The notes beneath the pieces were generated by a model. That model did no database searches. It was not told the origin of the DNA and was given only the letters and a program-made list of their open reading frames with translations. Both the position numbers and the translations under genes were made by a program. Shown piece by piece: positions 1 through 13,089 of a DNA stretch of 64,000 bases. How positions within the stretch are numbered: the first letter of the stretch is position 1; every line of letters starts with the position of its first letter. This stretch comes from Gekko japonicus (Eukaryota): the NCBI RefSeq assembly GCF_001447785.1, contig NW_015161423.1, positions 622,700 through 686,699 of the forward strand, in the 5' to 3' direction.

Positions 1-297
1 TCAAGCTTTAACTGAGCCAGCTACCATGTGCTACTGAGTTAGACCATTGGTTCGTCTAGTCCAGTATAGTTGACTGACTGGTATCAACTCTTAACTTTGC
101 TGTCCATGAATATTTAACTAGAGATTCCAGGGACTTGATCTAGCACCTTCTACATGCAAAGTATGTGCTCTGCCACCACTGGGGAATGGTGTTCTCCATG
201 TTCAAAACTGAATGAACATATGTATTTATTGCTTCTGTATGCCAATCCATTCCCCCAGTTTTTCTGCCAATGTTTCCTTTCCTGTGTTTCTTTTCAG

Positions 298-324
298 GGT
301 CCCAGTGGAAGACCTGGTCTGCCG
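298..324 (+). CDS. COL13A1: Collagen XIII alpha-1 exon, COL1 domain (GPSGRPGLP), 27 nt
   Basis: Polypyrimidine tract, ttttcag|GGT...CCG|gtaaat. Gly-X-Y x3; matches recalled human GPTGRPGLP. Confidence 0.93.
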
Positions 325-1916
325 GTAAATACCTTTTAATTGTCCTTCTTGAGTTTCTTGTTCTTGCTGGTTACAATTGGGAAAGCAGGCCAAAATGTTT
401 TGAGTGCTGTGAAGGAAGCAAAAGAACATATGAAGAGATATGTATTTTAGTGGGAAGAACACAAGCAACCCATCAGAGAAAAGGTCCTAGGTACAGAATA
501 CTCTAGGATGCTCTGGCATTCAGGATCACGTTTTTCTTAATAGCTACTGTTTGTTCCATTGGGGAAGCTTAATGTGTTTTATTTTTACTGATGACTTGCC
601 AGAGGAAAACACACAGACACACACTGTGATCATTACACAGCAAAGTTGTGTGTATGGGTATGTAAAAGCAGCCTTAAAACAAAGACTGTTTTTACAGTTA
701 CTCATGGGTGTGCTTAGCAGGGAAGGGGATGTGGGGTCATTTGTTTCTCCTTTCACTTTTCCATGGCTGTCCTCTAAGGAGCCCAAGAACAACAACCCAA
801 TATTCTATTGCAAGAAAAGGTGAACCTGCACACTGCAGCTGGAGCCAATAATTTGCATGGCCGCAGTCTCTGATATCTGCAGGGGTGGCTGTGCCAGTGC
901 TGACTGACCACCTTATCCCTTATTTTTGAGGGACAAATGTCCTTACTGTCAAGGTTGTGTCCAGCTGGTGAACTTGGGCAGAATGGAGTAAAAACCTGCT
1001 GCCAACTAGGGAGCAGCGGCTGAACAGGAGAGCTCTTGTGTCCTTAGTAGTGAACATCTATTAGAGGCAGCCAAGGATCAGCAGGACACATAGCACTCTG
1101 CAGGGATACTGATGGTGCATGGCCTGTACCTTTGAGGGTGCTGTTATGTACGTGGACCGCCACCAGGGGTCTGCGGCACATGCAGGAGCTTGGCTCCTGG
1201 AACAAAGGAAACTTTGGATCCTGGTTTCCCCCAGCCCCAACCAATAGCCACTTGGCAGGACATTGAAACCCTCCAATGGGAATAGGGGGTGCTGGGTGGA
1301 TATGTATATAGTTGGCCCTGTCGGGCCGTTAGAGTTAGTCTTGTGTTAAGTACAATAAACGTGCGCAACCGCATGTCGTCGTCCGAGTCCTCCATGCGAA
1401 CCCAGTACTTTGCAGGTGCACAGCTGTCCATTCACTAGAGGCACACTTCTATGCTAATGTGAAAGGCACAGCTGCCTTACTTGGCTGGAGCACGTGTTTC
1501 CCAAGAAGAGTGCAGGGCTCCTCTCTGTCGCAGTCACTGTTTAGTAATGAGCACCACTGCTGAAAATGAAGCTGCAGATAGACAATCTGGGGGCTTTGGC
1601 TATGCTCACTCTCCCAATGTCCATTGACCATAGGACCTGTGCTTTTAAACAGTGTTAACTGCCCCCGCTGCTCATGTCTGGAAGCAGACTGGCTCATGAA
1701 ACCTCTTCCTGGATGGACACAGCCCTCTATTCCTTTTCTAGTTTCCCTTGAACAACAAAAGGTTTTAATTCCTCTTCCTTAGTACCTTGTGACAGGCTCA
1801 CCCCTGTCACCCCTATCCTGAGTTTGTTTATATGAATAACCATATTATCACAGATTAACAATTAAACCAACATGGTGCCAGACACTTTTTATAGGGTTTG
1901 TAAACACATACCTGCA

Positions 1917-2150
1917 GGAGCTGTGGTGGCTCAAGTGGTTAAGATGCTGAACTGCAGGCTGTGGAAGGTCAGTAGTTCAGCAGTTCAAGACCCGAGTTGC
2001 CACATGACGGAGTGAGCTCCCGTCTCTAGTTCCAGCTCCTGCCAACCTAGCAGTTCGAAAGCAAGAAATTGCAAGTAGATAAATAGGTACCACTTCGGTG
2101 GGAAGGTAACAGCGTTCCGTGCGCCTTGGTGTTGAGTCATGCTGGCACGG
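1917..2150 (+). mobile_element. Sauria SINE (tRNA-derived), 3'-truncated
   Basis: GGAGCTGTGGTGGC head and body GTGAGCTCCCGT...CTGCCAACCTAGCAGTTCGAAAGCA...AATAGGTACC...GGGAAGGTAAC. Near identical to the copy at 23480. Confidence 0.88.
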
Positions 2151-2313
2151 AATGCTGTTGCTAGCATAAATCCCAATATAGTTGCACATAAATGCATGAT
2201 ATACACTAATCAATGGACCTTTATTAAACTGCAAATGGAAGTTCATTTGTGTCACTTTATAGCAACACATATGGTCATTTCCAACTGCCCTTTGATTTTG
2301 CATTAATTGTTAG

Positions 2314-2349
2314 GGAGACAAAGGCGCTATGGGGATCCGTGGACTATGG
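2314..2349 (+). CDS. COL13A1: COL13A1 exon (GDKGAMGIRGLW), 36 nt, probable cassette exon
   Basis: ttgttag|GGA...TGG|gtgagt. Gly-X-Y x4; resembles recalled human GDKGAIGMPGRV. Confidence 0.88.
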
Positions 2350-2614
2350 GTGAGTCTAAAACTTCTCACAACTACCTGGCACAACTGCATCCAGACCCTT
2401 TGCTATCTGAGGTCCCTTTGGGGGTGATATATATTTAATAATTTCAGGTAAATGATGACAGCTATATTAACATTTTTAATTGCTGAGATTATCATCATCA
2501 TCATCATCATGATGTGCCATTGTGTGTAGTATAGCCAGGAGATCCTAAGATGGTCTGACAACTAGAAGTTCTAGCTCTTTTAGCATTATGCACCACTAGG
2601 TGGCGAGCTAGACT

Positions 2615-2781
2615 TGTTTTTAAGGTAAGAGATGTTTCAGAGGTGGTTTGCCATTGCTGCCTCTGCGTCTCAACCCTGGTATTCCTTGGAGATTGCTCTT
2701 CCAAATACTAGCCAAGGCTGACCCTGCTTAGCTTCTGAGATCTGACAAGATCAGGCTATCCTGGGCTATCCAGGTCAGAGC
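2615..2781 (-). mobile_element. 5S rRNA-derived SINE (5S-Sauria-like)
   Basis: The minus strand reads CCTGATCTTGTCAGATCTCAGAAGCTAAGCAGGGTCAGCC, like the 5S internal promoter, then a BovB-like GGCAAACCACCTCTG body. Boundaries approximate. Confidence 0.8.
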
Positions 2782-3960
2782 AATTCCTGAGATCTACTTT
2801 GCAAGAGAAAGAGAGAGGAACTCAATGGCTAAATATTTTTCTTGCATATAAAATCTGGGTCCCCTTAATTAGTTCACAAATAAAATGCATATGAAACTTT
2901 TAAACACAGAAATGCAGTGAACTATACCACATGCAAGTCTGTTTTTAAGGAATACATATAAAACCAGGTTTTCAGTGGGAACAAAGATATTCATGACATA
3001 GGGTTCCCAAGTCCATTTTGCTCCACAGCGGGGGGCTCCCGGACGGCGTCTTGAGCGTGTGTGCGCGTGCCGCATGCACATCAGCCAGAGAGGACGTGAT
3101 GACACTGGGCATGCTGGAGGCGGGGCCACAGCCATCTGAGGGGGTTCCCCCTGGGGCCCGATTCCACGGCGGCGGAAATCTGGCCTCCAAAGCGGGGGTT
3201 TACCTGCCCCCCGGGGGGACTTGGCAGCCCTATCATGACAGCAGAGAGCTGTTTCTAAAACATATTAATCTCTTGCAAAGAGCTGTTTCTAAAATGTATT
3301 GATCTCTTTCTAGTAGGGGGAAAGTTTGTATAAGAAATATGGAGGTCAAACAGATATCTTTTGCCTAAAAATAGTCCTCATTTGAATGGGACAAAATAGC
3401 ACATTTTGGACCACCAAATTTTAATGTTACATATTTAAACCAATAATCAGTACAGTGAAGAAAGTTGAGTAGTACCTGTTCTATTGTTATATCACCTCCC
3501 AAAGATGCATCTGCAGCCTACTCTTTAGCTGTTTCTTTCTTTTGCTTTCTTGATTTTCATATACATGGTTCTTCCAAATTCTATAATGTATCAGCTTCAC
3601 TGGGTTTCTTCTCTATTTACAAAATAAACTAAGGCTTGTGGGTGAGCTCTGATGACTTCCTGTAGTTAAGAAATTATACTGTAAGAATAGATTTGCATTT
3701 ATCAGACCAAAACCTACAGTTTTCCCTGTGTGTTACCTGCCACCATGCATACAGGTGCATGAGCCAGATCTATTTCTAATAACATATATAGAGAAATGAT
3801 GCCATTGCAAAAGCCTGCCAGCTGCTTTTGGTATCTGTATTCATGCTATTGAAAATGACTGAAATGAACCCTTGTACATGCACTTGGATGCACTGCAGGC
3901 AACAATATGCCTACGAAATTCTTGATTTGAATCTTAATCTCAAATGTTGACACCCATGTT

Positions 3961-4128
3961 CAGGGCTTCTTCTTTTTTTGAAAAAGAGGTGCTGGAATAC
4001 TCAAGAGGGAAATTAAGTTTTCCATCTGTATACTGAAAACTCATGAATTTTTAAACATTTTAGAAAGAATTTTGTCAAAGAGGTTCCGGAACTTTGTTCT
4101 GGCGCATTGCCCCAGAAAAAAAGCCCTG
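3961..4128. mobile_element. Non-autonomous hAT DNA transposon (MITE)
   Basis: TIRs CAGGGCTT...AAGCCCTG. 8-bp TSD cccatgtt/cccacatt, each one CpG transition from cccacgtt. Confidence 0.75.
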
Positions 4129-5234
4129 CCCACATTGATAAAATAACTCATCCAAACCTTCACCAATAAGCAAAGGAAACAGGGTGTAAATGTGCAAAGT
4201 GGCCCTCAGCAAAATAAAGGAGTGATAAACTATTTTATATGTGGTCAGGTCCCAGAGGATAATACATGGTTACCCCTTTGATCCAGGAAATAAACTCAGG
4301 AAATAAACACAGGGGTTCGTACTCTGATTTCTAGCTTAGTCAGAATACATTCCTTTCCCCCCTGGTACGTGAAGACTGTGATGCAACCACCATTTGTTTG
4401 TTTGGTATGGAATGCTTCCCTAACTTAATACATTTGGTGTAATATGACCTAACATGTTAAGATTCAGTGCAAGTCAAGGCACGTTAGAACATATTGCACC
4501 AAATATATCAAGTTAGAGGGGCATTCCATACTAAATCAACAAATGGTGCTTGCGTCATAGTCATTGTTTTTGCTTCAGTTTTGCAGAATTATTATATATT
4601 GGCATGTATCTACACCCTACATTTTAAAATAAATCTATCTCTGGGGGTAGGATTGCAATCACCCAATGTCACATTTCCTATTAAGCATGTGCTGTCTCTT
4701 GTTGCTACAGGCTCTATGTACAATAGTCACCATAGGCTTTTGAAGCTCAAAATCTTGTTCAGAAATGCAGAATGTCGTGGTTAAATTAGGGCCAAACATT
4801 TTAAGACATTTCAAAATTTTCAGGAATTTCCATTGGCCATTAAAAAAAAAGACTGTAGATACATTTCAGCATATGTAATAACATTTCAAAGTTTCACCAA
4901 ACTCCATCACTGTGGTGCCACCCTCATGATTTGGCATGGAGGTAAAAATCACCCTGGACATTTAAAGAAAATAACCAACTGATCTACTGTAGTGCAGCAT
5001 TTAAAAATGCACTCTACAGTGATCCCAATAAAAGTTACTGCTCTTTTTGCATTTGCCAAACATCTGGAAAGTGATGAGACATTTGCTGTCCTGGTAGTTG
5101 TTCAGATACTGATGGTATTTGTGATAAGGCAGAGGAAAGTGCCCCTAAGATGTATTAGGTGAAGATTCATAATGGGTGTGTGGTGTTTATAATATTGCAT
5201 ATATCTTTATGTCAAGGTGGATAAAGGCATACTG

Positions 5235-5545
5235 CATCAGAAGCTCTGTGTTGAGTTCTGGGCACCAGAATTTAAGGAAGATGTTGACAAATTGGAGGCA
5301 ATTTGCAGTATAGCTACAGAAATATTTAGAAGGCCAAAGCTTTTGAAGAAAGGCTGAGGGATCCCAAATATGTGGAAGGTTGTCAAAGAGGGAGAAAAAG
5401 TTACCACATCCACTGAGAGCAGTAGTTTTAAATTAGAAGGCAGAGGCTTTAAATTGGATGTTAGTAAAAAGCCATAAGTATACAAGCAAATCAGCAATAG
5501 AACAAGTTCTCTGGGGAGGCTGTTGTCTCTATCCTTGGAAATGAA
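5235..5545 (+). mobile_element. Decayed CR1 LINE ORF2 C-terminal fragment
   Basis: Translates as VEFWAPEFKEDVDKLE..., like the CR1 motif VQFWAPQFKKDVDKLERVQRRAT. Boundaries approximate. Confidence 0.7.
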
Positions 5546-8308
5546 AACACAACAGTTTTTGCATTTAGGTCCTATTTTAGCTTTTCACTGACTGAGGAGT
5601 GGCATGTCCTATTGATCAGCTACAGAATTCAGAGTTATATGTGTCTGTAATCTCCAGTGCTTTCCTTTTGTGCAAGCTTTTGGTCTCCACTGGTAACAGA
5701 GCTTGCTCTTTCTGAGATAGTTCTTTCAAAATTACGGAGTACAGAATTGTGGGGAGGCAAGGGAAAATAAAATTATTCTTATGTCTTGCTAACATTGTGT
5801 TGTGTGATGCCATGCTACAAGATTAATTTCAGCCAAAGAATAGTCAAGGCTCTACCACTAAGCAATAGCTCCTTTTATTCAAATTATGGTGATTTGCACA
5901 TGTACAGCTAACGCTTTCTAGGAAGACATACTTGGATTACTTACAGTTTACCTATCTAAGTGGGTGAAACTGCCATCAGCAAAACTAGTATGCAAGTCAT
6001 AGTAGTTGCTAGAGAAGCTCTGTGCACAAGCTGTTCCACTAGAGGATACGTTACAAGGGAGGTTTCTGCTCTTACCACACTCATGCCACACTCTATAGAA
6101 GGCAGAGCTGAGAGCCGGGCTCCACATTATGCTTCCCAGCTGAGAGCACCCTGGCTTTGCCTGTTGAGAGTTCTGACAGACGGGGAAGGGCACAAGGGAT
6201 GATGGTCAATTACTCAAGAAAGGAGTGGCTGGGCTTCTTTGCCTGTTGTTCATCTCCACTTTTATCTCTCCTTAGTGGCTCACTTTCCCTAAGTTTTTTT
6301 TTTTGTGGGGGGGGGGGGGGAGAGATGCTAAGCAGACAGATAAGGAGAGCTAAACAGCATAAAGCAGGCCAGTGGCTCCCTTTGTGCTTGAATGGAAATG
6401 TTTCCAACTTTCTCTAAGTGAGCCCTCAGAAGTCTCCATTTGGTAGACCTGGGTGCTAAGGCTCAAAACAGAACAACAGTATCCATCTCCTATTGCAGAG
6501 TTTCCAAGACAGCTCTTGTTTATAGCACCTCCACAGATGATATGCCATAATACAATCAAGGGGATACATTTATGTTATGCTACCAGTGAGGCCATAGGTA
6601 TAGTACGTTGTGTTACATTCTGTAAGCAGGTTTGTCATAGGGCCATCTTATTGTAGCTGAAATCCTTGTGTGGGTGGGTGTCAATGTAATAAGCAACAAT
6701 TCCCATTCCATTATCTATGGTTCTCCATCTCAGACCCTCATGGCATACACATTATTTTCTAAATTCCCCCTTTTTAGGTAGAGGTAGAGGGGCAAGATAT
6801 AAACCTGGACCTGCTGAGTGATGTGAATTTGCCCACAAAGGAAAAAGAGCTATAGATACCTATATAGGGACATAGGGTCATATCCACATAACATGGGATA
6901 TTAAGATAATGGATTCTAGATTTTGTTTGACTGTGCAAAACTTTCCTGAGAATTTTTTGCCAGTCTCATGGTTTCACTAGAAATTCTATAGATGTTTTAT
7001 CTGAGGAGAAACCTCCAAATTGACTGCAAATTTTGGTCTTCGGACGTTTCGGTTGAGCAGGCACCCTCAAATTCAGTTCAAAGTCACTGGGTTCCATTTG
7101 TTATAACTGCAAAGGCTGCTGACATAGTGATGTTCCTGGTGGATACCAAGTCACAATTTCACTTACAAGGAGTGCTATTGTCCACTTGTTTCTAAAAAAA
7201 AAAAATCATGTAAGCCTGATGGCAGTAACGAAACATAACAGCACAGTTCTAAGTGGAGTTAAACCCTCCTAAGTTCATGGAGGTCAATGGACTTAGAAGG
7301 CTCTCATATGATATAACTGTACTGTGGATTGCACTCTAAGTTGGTGAAGTGGACATGTTCATCTGGCTCAAGTACAGCAACTTCAAAGTTTTTCTTAAAC
7401 ATAACTCTCACTTATTTAAATCTGCTATATAGTAAAACACCTTCCAATTACATCTGGTCTTTCATCTCACTGACTTATTGGCATCCCAAACGGATGGCTT
7501 TGTTTTGATAATTATTGTGGCCATGATTAGTTTGAGCGAGTCCATCAAAACTAACCCTTCAAAGAGTCAGTCTTTCTCAATAGCTATAAGTCTACAGATC
7601 CTTGTCAGATGTGCTGCTGCTTCTGCATCGGTGACTTGTGAACTCAAGTTCGGGCCAGCTTAGCTAACCCTGTGAGCTTATTGCTAACACATAACCATTT
7701 ATTTTGTCATTGTTGAATTGGTTCCAAGCATCAGCTACAACTGCTGCCTTCCTCAGATTCTGTAGACTGTCTAGAGATAAACCAATAATCAGACTTCAAG
7801 TTGGGGAAGCCTCTCACTGGAATGTCAGGGAGAAGGCTTAGCTGGATCCCATCTCTTGGACGTGGTAATTTTCTATGTGTGGGAAAATTATATATATTGG
7901 AAGAAGTTACAACTGCTGCCTTCCTCAGATTCTGTATATATATTGGAAGAAATCAGTCATGCAATTTGCACCTGCAGTTCAGACCTACAATCTAAAGTTG
8001 GTGTATTTGAGGAACAGCCTTTCCATGCTTTGAGTTTTCTATAGAACTCTTTATGTTTCATGTGACAGCAATGCAGAATTCCTAAAGGTGGTATAAGTGG
8101 GAGGGAATCAGAAACCAAGGTCACCCTTCTCTGTGCTTGTGTGTGAGCATTAAACAAAGCATGTTTAAGGTGGGGGGCTGCCTATGCGTGCATTTGTGTT
8201 GTTTGGGGGCTTAGTGTGTCTTAACACTGACTCCTGTGTTTGTGTCTCTCTTTCTCTCCCCCTTCACCCTCTTGCATGTGGCTGTGACTGCTGTAAATGG
8301 TGGCCCAG

Positions 8309-8335
8309 GGACTAAAGGGGCAACATGGAGAGAAG
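8309..8335 (+). CDS. COL13A1: COL13A1 exon (GLKGQHGEK), 27 nt, probable cassette exon
   Basis: ggcccag|GGA...AAG|gtgagt. Gly-X-Y x3; resembles the recalled human alternative exon GVKGQPGEK. The pyrimidine tract is distant from the AG. Confidence 0.85.
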
Positions 8336-9476
8336 GTGAGTCAGCCCTTTTCAGCTCATTGCTTGTCAAGCATTGCTTTCATCTTATGGAGGAAAAACCC
8401 TCTCGTTATGGACCAAATTGTTGCATAGTGTTGCACACCCATTGGCTTTGCCTTGAAAAATAGGTTGCCAGTTGGTTGGTTTTAAACCAGTCCCCAGTGT
8501 CCCCCTTCCCGCTTTGCTTAAAACACACACTCCCTTGTATTCTCTGTGCTAGTCAGTGACTAATTTTAGAGGTACGTACTTTACACAAATTAATATTTGC
8601 AAATAAGAAATGCCCGGGTGGGGTTTTTCACTTTGTAGAAAGAGCCCACACATGTTCTAAGGCTGACGGGTTTTGATTTGTTTACTGTAATTTATACTAA
8701 CATTGCTAGAACTTATTTATAGGGATGGCCAGGCAAACTCAACATCTGCAGCTGGACCTTTCTGGCATTTTTTGGGAGCTGCTTTCTTATTCATTGCTGA
8801 CAGCTGTGCTTGGTGTGGCCAGGAAACCTACATCTGGAAATGTGGTTAACTGCACCAGCTGTGTCCTGGACAGCTCCAGGCAGATGCTGGTTATTGGGCT
8901 GCGTCCATTGTTCCCTGATTGCAGACCTTGGTCAGTCCCTCTATAATCTAAGGGGAAAGTCTCATAAAATTGCTGAGGAAAGCAGGTGGGAGGGGCAAGC
9001 ACACCTCTCCTCCCAATATACTGTGGTAGGCTTTTCTTTTTCACCATTAAAAAAAATACATCAGTTCTTTCCTTATTTGGACTGAGGAAAATGTTAGTCC
9101 CAAACATCTTGAAATGAAAGGATCAAATCCTTTCATTTTACTCCCAACAAAACCCAGAGCTTCTCAAGTGCCACAGGAATGTTGCATGTCAGTTGGCATG
9201 AAGCACTGTGTTTTCCAAGACTGTTGCATCTCATCAGCGAAAATCAGAAAAATGTTTGTGGCATGGGTCTCCTGCAAGGAAATAACACAAAACAGTTGAT
9301 TATTCAGAGACCCTGTCAACCTGCTGTGAAGAAAACAGGCTAAATTACATGAAATACTCTAAAAACCAGCCCCAGGACATGGAATGTTGGTATTTTCAGA
9401 TTGTATAAGTCAGTCAACATCTAAGCTTTTTCCAAGGTTGATCCTTGAGTATTTCAGCATTTTTAAGGAGCTACGT

Positions 9477-9651
9477 TGTTGTTGTTCAGTCACACAGTCG
9501 AGTCCGACTCTTCGCGACCCCATGGACCAGCTCCCACCAGGCCCTCCTGTCTTCCGCCGTCCTCTGGTTGGCTCAATTTCATGTTCGTTGCATCGATGAC
9601 ACTGTCTAACCATCTCATCCTTTGCCGTCCCCGTCTTCTTTGACCTTCAAA
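9477..9651 (-). mobile_element. BovB/RTE LINE 3' end
   Basis: CAGTCGAGTCCGACTCTTCGCGACCCCATGGAC...AACCATCTCATCCT, a (CAA)n tail on the minus strand, and TSD gagctacgt at 9468-9476 and 9652-9660. Confidence 0.85.
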
Positions 9652-9714
9652 GAGCTACGTACTTGGTCCAAAGAAAAATCAAAAAACAAAAGCCATGCAA
9701 TCTTTTTTTTTTTT

Positions 9715-9812
9715 TTATTAAGACCAGCTAAAATGCCAGAAAACAACCTCCAACCTGATGAGTTCTAGAAAGCTTGCACACTTCTGTGCTGTTTTGGTTG
9801 GTCTTAATAAAA
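9715..9812. mobile_element. Short palindromic Penelope-like remnant
   Basis: Inverted ends TTTTATTAAGACCA...TGGTCTTAATAAAA around CTGATGAG...GAAAGC, a degenerate hammerhead-like core. Confidence 0.5.
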
Positions 9813-12800
9813 ATTAGACATTGTTATCAGTATTTGGTACGGGATTTTATGGTGGGACGAGTGGTTTATAGTATCTTCATTATATAGTGTTTATTTTCAT
9901 CTGTACACGTTAAGCCATAGTTACAGAGGATGAAAAGATGGGGCTCAACTGATCTGGAAACCCTTTCAGTGACTGCCTGGGGAAAACACATACACACATG
10001 GAAACAAACAACCAGACTTACCGTATTTTCCAACCCCTTCTGAAAGACAAGTGTAACTAACTACACATTATCAGAACAGCAAGTGGCCCATCAGAGACCA
10101 CCAGGACTGAACTGTTCACATAGAGTGGAGAATAATTTTTCATAACAGGGCTCAACAAGACTATACCAAGATGATGCTGGGAAACGAATGTTTCATGCTT
10201 ACTACAATAATGATGCCTCCTCAAAAGGGCTGTCCTAGACAGTCACTTAATGGCAAAATCAGTGCTGAATTTTGCTGAAATCCACCAAGAACCGTTATAC
10301 TCTCTTTAATGACAAATGGCTATATTACACTTTGGTGATATAACAGCTCAGCATTCCAGTCAGTGTTTAACCTTTGCTTATGGGTTTAACCCATTTAAAT
10401 GCTTGGAATTGGCTGCTACTGAATGAACCCCTGAGCAAAAGCAATTGCAACCTGTGGTTTGGAGAGGGTTTTTTTTTCTTCGCTTGATTCCTCTTTTATT
10501 CATATAAAGGATACAAAATGTGTGTGTATGTAAGTGGCTGCCACGCACAATATTGTACACAAATACACTAGATGCCTTAGGGCTTTTTAAAGAATTTGGT
10601 CCCTTAATGAAAGTCACATGCAACTTATGATTTTTGGAAAGGCTATGATTATTTTAGCATTACACCAATAGGCCACTTCCTAAGTGAAGGATTATAGAGT
10701 AAACCACTTGAGCGTTTGAAAGGCGTTTGAAGAAATATCCACGAAGAACCTTCAAAATACAAAAAACATTATTAAGGCTTTTGCCCAATCCTTGGACTCC
10801 TAGGAATTTTATAGCAAATGTTACAATTCTGTTCTGAGGAAAAAACAGGGTAATGCCAGATTTCTGCACATTTTATTAAAGTTTCCGGAGGTTTCAAGAA
10901 AGAGATATGTGCCACACATGCAGAGACCCCTGTCCCAATGCAGCTCAGTTGTATCATGATGATGCATGAGGTTACAGTACAATATAGTGCTGCTTCTGGA
11001 GTTCCTGAAGTTCAGCAGCCATGAAAGACCATCAGATGTTAGTAAATTCATCACTGAAACCAAGTCTTTTGTAATCCAAAGGAAGTTCCAGAATAGCCAA
11101 CAGAAATTCATTCAGATGGGGGAAAAATAAGGTCTGATAGGGTTGGTGGTTTTTTTGTTTTTGTTTTTTACTTATCAGAGTAGAACCACCTATATAGTTC
11201 AGCCTCCCTCCCAGTCTCTCCACTGGCTTTGCTTTCACAACTGATGGCAAGAAAACACCAAAGTTATATTGTTTTGAGCTTCACTCCTTCACACAGCCTC
11301 TTCAAAAGAAACCTACAGAATTTTATTAACTGCATGAAATATGCATATCTATTAATAAATGCCTTTGGGATGTGTGACTTGGGTAGAGCTCTGACAGAGG
11401 AATAAATTTAAAGAGTCTTATAGTCAATTACAATTTTGAAATAAATCCAGAGAGGGTGCCAGCAAGAGGGTATTCATTGGCTGTCAAGCCAGAAACTCAG
11501 CATACACCTAACAAACCAAAGCAGTTAAGAGTTGCTGCATATTGCAGAAGCTGTGGTAGTGGTCAATCAAAACATGTTATCTGTAGCAGTTTAGAAAGAA
11601 ACTGGCCCCTTCCTCACTAGCTTTCTCCCCTGAACCCTTGAGCAAATCTCCTCTGTGTAGGAGCCAGTGCATGGCCTCCTTCTATGTTACCTGTAACTTC
11701 TGACACATATTTATTTACTACATTAATGCCTCACCTTTCTCCCCAAGGGAGATCCACAGCAGCTTATATCATTCTTTTTTTATTGTTTAATGTTTTTATG
11801 TTGCCACTGGCCTTGTAAGCCACCCTGAGCCTGCTTCGGCAGGGAGGGCGGGGTATAAATCAAATAAATAAATAAATAAACCTTGTGAGGTAGGTTAGAC
11901 TGAGGGTTTGGACTAAGGTCACCTACCAGGCTCCCATGGCAGATTTGAACCTGGGTCTCCCAGATCATAGTCTGACACTAACTGACATAGCCACTGCAGA
12001 GGCTATGTGGAAAGAAGCCCACTTCTCCAGATTTACATCTGCCATATCCCCCAACCAAGGAATGCTGGAAACTATAGTCTGTTGAAAAAGCTAAGGGTCT
12101 CTTAACAAATAATTCTCACCAGTCTCATAATAGTATAGTTCCTGGGATTCCTTGGAAGAAATCGTGGTCGCTTAACCAGTTTCAAAGGAGTTCAGAATGT
12201 CTACAGCAAATGTGGCCTAATGGTTGATATACAGCATGGTCACTAATTTTCTAATAGATTGAGCACTGAAATTGCTAATTCCAAGCAAGAATGAGGATGA
12301 CCAAGTTGTTCACCTATGTTTACTCACAAATTTGTTACAGACAGAATGTAATTAACTGAATTTGATTTTCCCCACTGTAGCAGAACTGCAATGTCAGTTT
12401 TTTGGGGGGAAATTGCTGCAGGACTATTGGTGCAGTCAAAATTAGAAATTCTATAGAGCATCTAATCCTCAAACTAAACCAAAATGTGTGTGCTGAGAGG
12501 GCTGTCTTTGCTTTGGAATTCCTACAGCCTCTTACAAAACATAGTAGCTTAACTTCTACTTATATTAAATCCCCCTGATTAGGGGAGATGAGGCTTCCCA
12601 GTAGACAAGAATGATAACTAGGAACAAGACAAATCTGGCACTGGATAATAGCATTTTGTAAACTACACAGTGAGAATATACTTTCCACTCTCAAGAAGCC
12701 CAGAGTAGTGCTTTGATCTGATTTCAGAATAGATTCAAAATGGCTCCCTGTCTTGGCTGTAAAAGGCCAGAAGAACCTGCTGTTTTAAGAGGAAGAAACC

Positions 12801-13038
12801 GTCTCTCACAAATATGTGCATATATTGTTGATTTTAATTTCCTTTGTAAACTTCTTTCATCATTTATTTGCCAATCCATTTTTTCCCTCACAACTCTACT
12901 GTTATTCACTTAACTGTTTTATTATAACGGTCAATGTTACCACTTGTAACAATAGTCTCCCCCCACCACCCTGTCTATTTTCAATCTTCTTTTTCACACA
13001 TGTTTTCTGCTTCTGTCTTGCTGTTTTGCTGTCTGCAG

Positions 13039-13089
13039 GGAGCCCCAGGAGAAGCCGGCATGTCTATCATTGGTCCCCGTGGTCCTCCG
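13039..13089 (+). CDS. COL13A1: COL13A1 exon (GAPGEAGMSIIGPRGPP), 51 nt
   Basis: ctgcag|GGA...CCG|gtaaga. Contains the type XIII COL1 imperfection G-x-SIIGPRGPP. Confidence 0.95.

Noticed and set aside
2615-2781. 5S rRNA gene (also at 28480-28677)
   Set aside because: Diverged 5S-like head fused to a SINE body; not a functional rRNA gene.
10600-11150. Possible transposase or LINE coding remnant
   Set aside because: Only a 13-nt match to the LINE near 24085 and a weak CxAH-like peptide; too degraded to call.
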